Shown here in pieces: positions 58,260 to 64,000 of a DNA stretch of 64,000 nucleotides. The translations under genes were made by a program, and so were the position numbers. Below the pieces are notes generated by a model that searched no databases, was not told the DNA's origin, and was given only the letters and a program-made list of their open reading frames with translations. Numbering within the stretch: the first letter of the stretch is position 1; each line of letters opens with the position of its first letter. The stretch is from a virus: the IMG/VR virus record IMGVR_UViG_3300042484_001802. The stretch is one strand, 5' to 3'.

Positions 58260-58958
58260 TTAATACTTTAAATGTCTTCCTTGGTCGTCAAAGTAATCAT
58301 TACCACTTTTCTGCCCTTCCATTGTGAAAAGGTTGGCGTAACCTTTTAATCGTTTTCTTTTTAGTTTATTACCCATCTTCCATAAGCAAAATGGTAAACT
58401 GATTTGATCCCTAGACGAGAATTTACAAATCTGTTCCCACCACATTAGTTGAAATTCTTTTGTTGCGTTAGTTGTTTTAACTATAAATGTCGACATCTCG
58501 TACAAACCCAACTTCTCAGGTACCCCTAACGACTTATAATATCTAAATTGCAACTCAACTAATTCACGATAATCTAATTGCCACTGAGCAACAGCTTGCA
58601 TTTCTTCATAGGTACATTTCCTATCTGGATGTTTAAATAAAAGAATATCATTGTCATCTCCGTACTCGTCAATTATAAGTTGTGGGTCCATCTTTAATTG
58701 ATGATTACCATCTTCCCATATTATGTATTCATACTGTGGGAACATTATTGCTGATAATATTTTATACGTTTTAGCATTTCTTCTATTAACGTATTTGTCT
58801 AAGGATGAGAATTTTAAAACTTGTCTTTGTTCCCAAACTTTAACATCATATTCTTTATCAACAAATGCTATGTAATCACAGTTATCAAAAACTTGAGGTG
58901 GATCTATTAGTTTATCCTTACCGTCTGTGATGGATGTTAAAACTAAAAATTTTTTCAT
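58260..58958 (-). CDS. DUF616 (TOD1/MUCI70-like) glycosyltransferase
   Basis: TSITDGKD.L, IWEDGN, HPDR.C.YEE, WW.QI...S.RDQISL. Confidence 0.8.
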   Translation of the reverse strand: MKKFLVLTSITDGKDKLIDPPQVFDNCDYIAFVDKEYDVKVWEQRQVLKFSSLDKYVNRRNAKTYKILSAIMFPQYEYIIWEDGNHQLKMDPQLIIDEYGDDNDILLFKHPDRKCTYEEMQAVAQWQLDYRELVELQFRYYKSLGVPEKLGLYEMSTFIVKTTNATKEFQLMWWEQICKFSSRDQISLPFCLWKMGNKLKRKRLKGYANLFTMEGQKSGNDYFDDQGRHLKY

Positions 58959-59575
58959 ATTGATTTATAATACTTATTTTGTTTTTCTTGCTTTGAAATT
59001 GTTTTGTGGTGTTGAATGCAATATACGGAATTTGTTGGTAATGTTGAAAAATTCTGCCCACCAATAATCTTCTCATGAACTCTGCCATACCAAGACATAT
59101 TTTTTCTATAAACTCTGCCTTGCCAATCAGGAAAGTTAACATAGTTGTTTTCATCTAAGCGCCACCCCCATTGTTTAATATGTTCTTCAGTTAAACCTTG
59201 AACTGTATTAATTCTTGGTACAAATATAAGGTCAACCTTGGGATTCATTTCTAATATGGTACTAATATTTTTAACCATATATTCATCAATCATCTCATCT
59301 GCATCTAATTGAAACACATAGTCCCCAGTACAGTAATCATTTAATTTATTTTTCCAATCGGCAAAGTCATTATCCCAATCAATACTTCTCCAGGTTTGAA
59401 CATTTGGTTTAATGTTAAATGGTAATAAGAAATCTAAAACTTCTTTGGAACCATTCTTCTCATCAAATAAAATCACAATCTCATCTTCAATTCTTTTATT
59501 CTCTAAAAGAAAAGGTACTAATCTTTTAATTTCATCTAACTCATTACAAACTGTTATGGCAAAACTTATTTTCAT
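58955..59575 (-). CDS. GT2 glycosyltransferase
   Basis: ISFAITVCNE, FADWKN...GDYVFQLDADE, VPRIN, FPDWQGR...VHE. Confidence 0.85.
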   Translation of the reverse strand: MKISFAITVCNELDEIKRLVPFLLENKRIEDEIVILFDEKNGSKEVLDFLLPFNIKPNVQTWRSIDWDNDFADWKNKLNDYCTGDYVFQLDADEMIDEYMVKNISTILEMNPKVDLIFVPRINTVQGLTEEHIKQWGWRLDENNYVNFPDWQGRVYRKNMSWYGRVHEKIIGGQNFSTLPTNSVYCIQHHKTISKQEKQNKYYKSI

Positions 59576-59859
59576 TTGTTTTCTTTTGCAAATATTTTAA
59601 GTTTTTTCCCGTCTATTCCGTTAAACTCAAGCGAACCTGTTGTGCTGTTATCGATAACAAATGTAAGTTGATTTTGACCCTCATCAAATGATGTTGCAAA
59701 AACAATTGGTTCATCATCGTCAAACTGAAACGCCCAAACACAATTATCTATTTTTGGTGACTGTAAAAAAAGAACACTACTACTACTAGTAAACAATAGG
59801 TCATTAGATGCTAATTCGGGATTTATTATTGAACCCGCTTCAATAGTACTTGCTGGCAT
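59572..59859 (-). CDS. Hypothetical protein
   Basis: 95 aa ORF packed inside the operon. Confidence 0.5.
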   Translation of the reverse strand: MPASTIEAGSIINPELASNDLLFTSSSSVLFLQSPKIDNCVWAFQFDDDEPIVFATSFDEGQNQLTFVIDNSTTGSLEFNGIDGKKLKIFAKENK

Positions 59860-59861
59860 AA

Positions 59862-61127
59862 CTAATTGATTTTTTCTAATTTAGGTAGAACTAATTTAGT
59901 CATTTTTGGTTGATTTACCAAATTTTCAACCATGTTTTTTAACTTATTCTTCATCGCTTCAAAACTAAAATTGATATGGTTTTGTTCTCTTAATTTTTCA
60001 GAACGTTCTGTGAAAGTGTCATAATCTTTGTGTACTATTTTAATCACTTGAGAAAACTCGTCATAATTTGCTGTGAACCACTTTGAATCCGCAAGGACGT
60101 AACTATCAACTGCACTTTGATGTACGGGTGTTAGTGAACCCCCAATTAAGATTGCTTTGTCAATCGGTAGGAAATCTCTATGACCAGACCAATTAGATGC
60201 TATGATTGGCTTTCCCGTCATTGAGAACTCTAACAACGGTCTACCAAACCCTTCACCTTTTGTTAACGATACCATTGATTTAACTTTTGGATGGTTATAT
60301 AGATTATTCATTTCATCGTCCGTAAGTTCGCCAAAAATTAAATAAACCGATGGTGGATTCTCAATACCAGCAACAACTCCCTCGATTTTCTTACGCATCT
60401 CTTCTCTAGCTTTAACTGAGAAATTTGTTGATGATGTTTTAAGAATTAGTGCTGGTTTATTTTCGTGTTCACCTTTAAATGTTTCACAAAAAACTTTTAT
60501 CAACATCCCCACATCCTTTCTATCTTGACCTGTAGAACCTTTTAACCAATGCCCAACAAACAAGTAACAGAAATCTTCTTTTACGTTGATTTTCAATGGT
60601 TTATTTAATTTTGTTAATGTGTTTTTATAAATCGACGTATCAACACCCTCAAATAGCACCTCAATGTTTTTTGTGATTCTATGTTGTTTAACTAACTTAC
60701 CAGTATTATTTTCGTTCTCGTTATAAACGGTTGAAACTAAAACCTCTTTAGAAAAATTAGAGGTTACAATAATTGAATCCATCCTATTGCAACCATCAAT
60801 CCAATCTTTTGGTGCTATGGTTGTTTCAATACCCGCCGTAATTCCTATGTTGTATTTGCCGACTGGGTTGAATTCATTCGGAACTGTTACCTGAACATAA
60901 ACATCTGGTGTTGCATTGGTTGAATTAATTATGTTATTCTCAATCCAAATATGGAATGGTTTGTTTTTGTTTAATGCGGTCATTGGCGTTACACCCCAAG
61001 CACAACTATCGATTTTAATATCAAATAAATCTAATTCGTACAATGCTTGTAAAATATCTCTTGAATGAGCACCATAACCACTCATGGTTTTTACCGGCCC
61101 TCTAAATAATAAAAATGGTTTACTCAT
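59862..61127 (-). CDS. GT4-like glycosyltransferase
   Basis: SGYGAHSRD, TAGIET, FVGHW...DRKD, GEGFGRPLLEF..GKPIIAS.WSGH.DF. Confidence 0.85.
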   Translation of the reverse strand: MSKPFLLFRGPVKTMSGYGAHSRDILQALYELDLFDIKIDSCAWGVTPMTALNKNKPFHIWIENNIINSTNATPDVYVQVTVPNEFNPVGKYNIGITAGIETTIAPKDWIDGCNRMDSIIVTSNFSKEVLVSTVYNENENNTGKLVKQHRITKNIEVLFEGVDTSIYKNTLTKLNKPLKINVKEDFCYLFVGHWLKGSTGQDRKDVGMLIKVFCETFKGEHENKPALILKTSSTNFSVKAREEMRKKIEGVVAGIENPPSVYLIFGELTDDEMNNLYNHPKVKSMVSLTKGEGFGRPLLEFSMTGKPIIASNWSGHRDFLPIDKAILIGGSLTPVHQSAVDSYVLADSKWFTANYDEFSQVIKIVHKDYDTFTERSEKLREQNHINFSFEAMKNKLKNMVENLVNQPKMTKLVLPKLEKIN

Positions 61128-62473
61128 ATTACTTTATATAATTCAAATCTTTTTCTTGGTTTATATTTTTTTAATGTTGTTTCAATACCATCTATAATAC
61201 CATCACACATTATTTTTGATGATAGGTTTTGTATCGCGAACTCACGACCCTCTAACCCAACTTCTTTTCTTTTTTCTTTACCCTGTTTGTATACCGTATA
61301 AATTGCTTCAGCAACATCATCATCATTCACTCTGTCGTCAAAAATATATGGCGTGAGCGGTGATCCGTTAAGGTTAATAGCCGCCGGCCAAACAGGAACA
61401 ACCCAGCTACCTGGAACAGCATCCTTTGTTTTATGTAAGGTTTTTATATTGATGTAATCATCAGCGGTATAGTCAAAACCACATTGGTCTTGTAAACCAC
61501 CGGTAACACTAACAATAATAGGTGTTCCAGCCATAATACTTTCTGCTGTTGCCAAACCAAAACCTTCATTATTTGCTATATTAATTGTACAATCAGATAA
61601 ATTATATATTTGATTTAATGTGTCCTGTTCTATTTTTGTGTTAGTGAACCTAACATCATAGTTTGGACACAACGCATCAACCACTGCTAATAAATCGGTT
61701 CCATTGTTATCTACTGGTGTTGTATGCATTAATAGTAAACATTTATTAGCTTCCTCTTTCGTTAATTTATCACAAAAAGTATTAAATGAATATATGACAT
61801 CAGATGGTTGCTTTCTTCTAATATTTCTATTATTAAAGAATAATATAAAATCATATTCCTTACCACCTAAAATTGTTTTAGTTAGTTGTTCATCAATTAC
61901 ATCCAACGGCTTAAATACGTTTGGGTTAATACCGTGTGGAACATATGATACTTGCCAATCTTCGAATTGTGATTGTGTTGCTTTAGTGTTGATAGCCCCA
62001 ACTCGCTTAACAATACCGTATGTTTGTTTAGAAATGCAACCAATCCAGTCACAGCTTTCATACGAATCTTTATTATATTTAGGATCTGGTAAATCATCCC
62101 AAACATGGTAATATAAAATAGGGACCTGTTGTCTAATTTCATGCTCATTATCATATAACCATTGCCAGTAATGTGGATCGGTAAAATGTAGTATTGCATC
62201 TGGTTTTTCAAGTTCAATAATTCTTCTCAACATCGCAATATCACCGTAACCATTATATGTGTAAATTTTTGCACACGCATCTTCAATACCAGTTCTTTTC
62301 CTAATGTCATCATTTAAATCTATAATCTTACCATTTTCTGGATGTGATATAGCGGCTCCTAATTGTACCCAATCAAATTTATGAATGGTTCCTAATACAA
62401 TCTCTTTTGACATTGTTGAAATCCCAGAGGTCATTCTAATGTCATCAGATAATAATAATATCTTCTTCTTCAT
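61124..62473 (-). CDS. GT4-like glycosyltransferase
   Basis: ILLLSDD, VPHGI, NRNIRRK, NEGFGLATAES..AGTPII...TGGLQDQ. Confidence 0.85.
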   Translation of the reverse strand: MKKKILLLSDDIRMTSGISTMSKEIVLGTIHKFDWVQLGAAISHPENGKIIDLNDDIRKRTGIEDACAKIYTYNGYGDIAMLRRIIELEKPDAILHFTDPHYWQWLYDNEHEIRQQVPILYYHVWDDLPDPKYNKDSYESCDWIGCISKQTYGIVKRVGAINTKATQSQFEDWQVSYVPHGINPNVFKPLDVIDEQLTKTILGGKEYDFILFFNNRNIRRKQPSDVIYSFNTFCDKLTKEEANKCLLLMHTTPVDNNGTDLLAVVDALCPNYDVRFTNTKIEQDTLNQIYNLSDCTINIANNEGFGLATAESIMAGTPIIVSVTGGLQDQCGFDYTADDYINIKTLHKTKDAVPGSWVVPVWPAAINLNGSPLTPYIFDDRVNDDDVAEAIYTVYKQGKEKRKEVGLEGREFAIQNLSSKIMCDGIIDGIETTLKKYKPRKRFELYKVI

Positions 62474-62476
62474 TAA

Positions 62477-62674
62477 TTAAAACTTTTTCTCTGACCCATG
62501 ATTTATTTTATGTGAGTTTACTTTAACCCTAAAACTCTCATCACAATTGTATAAATCCATTGCTCTATTTACTAATTTCTGTAAGTTTATTGAACCGTCA
62601 ATTACTTCAATCTTAAATTTTTTGTATAAGTCGTCAATGACGTGTACCGTAGTTAGTTTTGTTTTTGTTTTCAT
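62477..62674 (-). CDS. Small ribbon-helix-helix-like protein leading the GT operon
   Basis: LTTVHV.DDLYKKFK......LQKLVNRAMDLY: a strand-helix-helix pattern. Confidence 0.5.
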   Translation of the reverse strand: MKTKTKLTTVHVIDDLYKKFKIEVIDGSINLQKLVNRAMDLYNCDESFRVKVNSHKINHGSEKKF

Positions 62675-62706
62675 AATATATGTATATCAATATATATCCT
62701 TATGGC

Positions 62707-62729
62707 AAAAAAAAGGGGAGTTAACCCCT
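62707..62729 (-). terminator. Rho-independent terminator
   Basis: Minus strand AGGGG-TTAACT-CCCCT plus a T tract, immediately after the stop of 62731-62883. Confidence 0.7.
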
Positions 62730-62730
62730 C

Positions 62731-62883
62731 TTAATTTCCTGATTTAGTTGCCATTTCTTTTAGCACAGCGCTAATTTTAATTACTTGATCTGAAGTTGTG
62801 TTTTCAGGTAGTGGCACCGAAGTTACTTGTGGTGTTTGTTGTGTTGTAACCGGGTTGTTCTTTTTTTTGCATCCGCAGGCCAT
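62731..62883 (-). CDS. 50-aa protein starting MACGCKKK (absent from the ORF track)
   Basis: MACGCKKKNNPVTTQQTPQVTSVPLPENTTSDQVIKISAVLKEMATKSGN; A-rich leader and its own terminator. Confidence 0.65.
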   Translation of the reverse strand: MACGCKKKNNPVTTQQTPQVTSVPLPENTTSDQVIKISAVLKEMATKSGN

Positions 62884-62949
62884 ATTTTTTGTGTTTTAAA
62901 TAATTTTATTTATGTTCTATAATAACGATTTTTATTTTTATTTTAAATA

Positions 62950-63297
62950 TTAAACTGGATTTTTTTTCGTACCTAGATATAGGTTTGCGTAGTCCCCAGG
63001 TTTCCACCCATCACAGGTACCGGCCGGAAATTCAAAAACCATATTACCTGACGCTGTGTAGTGCTGACAATCTTCATCAGAACATGGTTGACAATCATTA
63101 AACACCTTTGTTACCCTATCATTAGTAACAAAAACGATATCTAATGGTATCAAACAATCCTTCATCCAAAATGAATGAAAACCTTTTTTGAGTTTAAAAC
63201 CCATACACCCATCCAAGGACTCCCTACCCATCATACCCTGTTGGATATCTTGAGAAAATTCAACCTGAAAGGTTTTACCGTTAACAGTTAATTCCAT
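62950..63297 (-). CDS. DUF192 family protein (true start probably 63297)
   Basis: GMMGRESL...M.F......FWMKDCLIPLDIVF...V.EFPAG...GD. Confidence 0.85.
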   Translation of the reverse strand: MELTVNGKTFQVEFSQDIQQGMMGRESLDGCMGFKLKKGFHSFWMKDCLIPLDIVFVTNDRVTKVFNDCQPCSDEDCQHYTASGNMVFEFPAGTCDGWKPGDYANLYLGTKKNPV

Positions 63298-63355
63298 AAC
63301 AATAAATATTAGGTATTTTTTTTGTTTTTTAAATAATTTCCCATATATTAGCCCC

Positions 63356-63592
63356 ATGGTATCAATATTTGGAGGTTTATTAGAGTTAAAAGACGAAAAC
63401 CAATTAACTGGTTTAGCTGATAATTTAGACACAAAAATGGCTGTTAAGCTGTTAGAATTTGCGTTGGAAAATTGTACAGATAAATTCACATTATTTGAGA
63501 ACCATTTGATTTACAAGTGTTTAGAAACAATTAAATATGAAAATAAGACAAGTAACTTACGTAATGATGATCCTAACGGGGATTCTAATTGA
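63356..63592 (+). CDS. Hypothetical protein
   Basis: 78 aa; TATATT just upstream; divergent from DUF192. Confidence 0.5.
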   Translation: MVSIFGGLLELKDENQLTGLADNLDTKMAVKLLEFALENCTDKFTLFENHLIYKCLETIKYENKTSNLRNDDPNGDSN

Positions 63593-63710
63593 GCGGTACG
63601 GAATTAAGGGCGCTGACCCAGATATAGTTAAATACTTTGGATATGGTGCCATATCTTTGGGTTCGTTTAACATTATATTAGATTATATTCGAAAACCTAA
63701 AAATAAATAA
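63537..63710 (+). CDS. 57-aa putative membrane protein (absent from the ORF track)
   Basis: MKIRQVTYVMMILTGILIERYG...FGYGAISLGSFNIILDYIRKPKNK; two hydrophobic stretches; stop lies 1 nt before the next ATG. Confidence 0.45.
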   Translation: MKIRQVTYVMMILTGILIERYGIKGADPDIVKYFGYGAISLGSFNIILDYIRKPKNK

Positions 63711-63711
63711 C

Positions 63712-64000
63712 ATGGACTTAACAGCGGAAATGGAGAATTACAACAAGGTTAAAGACATAGTACTGAACAAATTAGTAAGCGAAGGTTTACTAGACCAATC
63801 AGATTCGGAAGAATTTTCTGAAAGATGTCAGGTTTTAGCTTACAAAGGTAAATGGTTTAGTAAATGGTTTGATAAGAACGTAAAGTCAGAAAACTCGGAT
63901 GCAAATCCTAATGGCTATTATATTCGTATAATCGAAATGAAAGAAAAAGAAGATGAAGTTGATAGGTTATTAAGAAGAACAACTGGCAATTATGACGAAT
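63712..64000 (+). CDS. Hypothetical protein (runs to the window edge)
   Basis: MDLTAEMENYNKVKDIVLNKL... open to base 64000. Confidence 0.55.
   Translation, partial: MDLTAEMENYNKVKDIVLNKLVSEGLLDQSDSEEFSERCQVLAYKGKWFSKWFDKNVKSENSDANPNGYYIRIIEMKEKEDEVDRLLRRTTGNYDE

Noticed and set aside
4222-62747. Numerous 60-135 aa ORFs nested in or antisense to larger genes
   Set aside because: They overlap well-supported CDSs and show no recognisable motifs.
63298-63489. N-terminal extension of the DUF192 ORF in the track
   Set aside because: It overlaps the divergent + strand gene; the family match and the upstream TATTTAT motif point to ATG 63297.
1-64000. Stop-codon reassignment, tRNA/rRNA genes, transposases or integrases
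   Set aside because: Genes are full length and tile the window under the standard code with all three stops used. No RNA gene or mobile-element signature was recognised by eye; tRNAscan was not run.

Overview
AT-rich, densely packed window with prokaryote-style overlapping stop/start codons, few Shine-Dalgarno motifs and the standard genetic code. It most likely comes from a large tailed phage, possibly with a Bacteroidota host. This is an inference: no capsid, terminase or polymerase gene lies in the window. Two virion-fibre modules (0-10 kb and 46-53 kb) each contain a >1000 aa protein with long Gly-X-X (Ser-Gly-Thr/Ser-Gly-Ser) tracts, followed by C1q, LamG and Gly-rich head proteins. They bracket a ~36 kb + strand block of modification enzymes: glycosyltransferases (GT2, GT4, two GT7 with an inserted LamG domain, a TibC/Aah-type protein O-heptosyltransferase), methyltransferases, four radical SAM enzymes, 2OG-Fe(II) oxygenases, split minimal TPP enzyme subunits, a tandem epimerase fusion, a carbamoyltransferase, APS kinase and sulfotransferases. 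A second, convergent glycosylation operon lies on the - strand (53.7-62.7 kb). The most striking unexplained element is the 30.7-39.8 kb cassette. It opens with a gene encoding a circularly permuted ATP-grasp-like domain, a Hint domain that retains only its C-terminal His-Asn, and a 35-aa 8-Cys peptide. A 29-aa micro-ORF follows, then 11 consecutive genes from several unrelated families that all end in a Lys-rich K-x-x-(L/I/F)-(L/I/V)-COOH tail. This is a candidate undescribed peptide-maturation system with a shared docking tag. All family calls come from motif recognition by eye; no searches were run.
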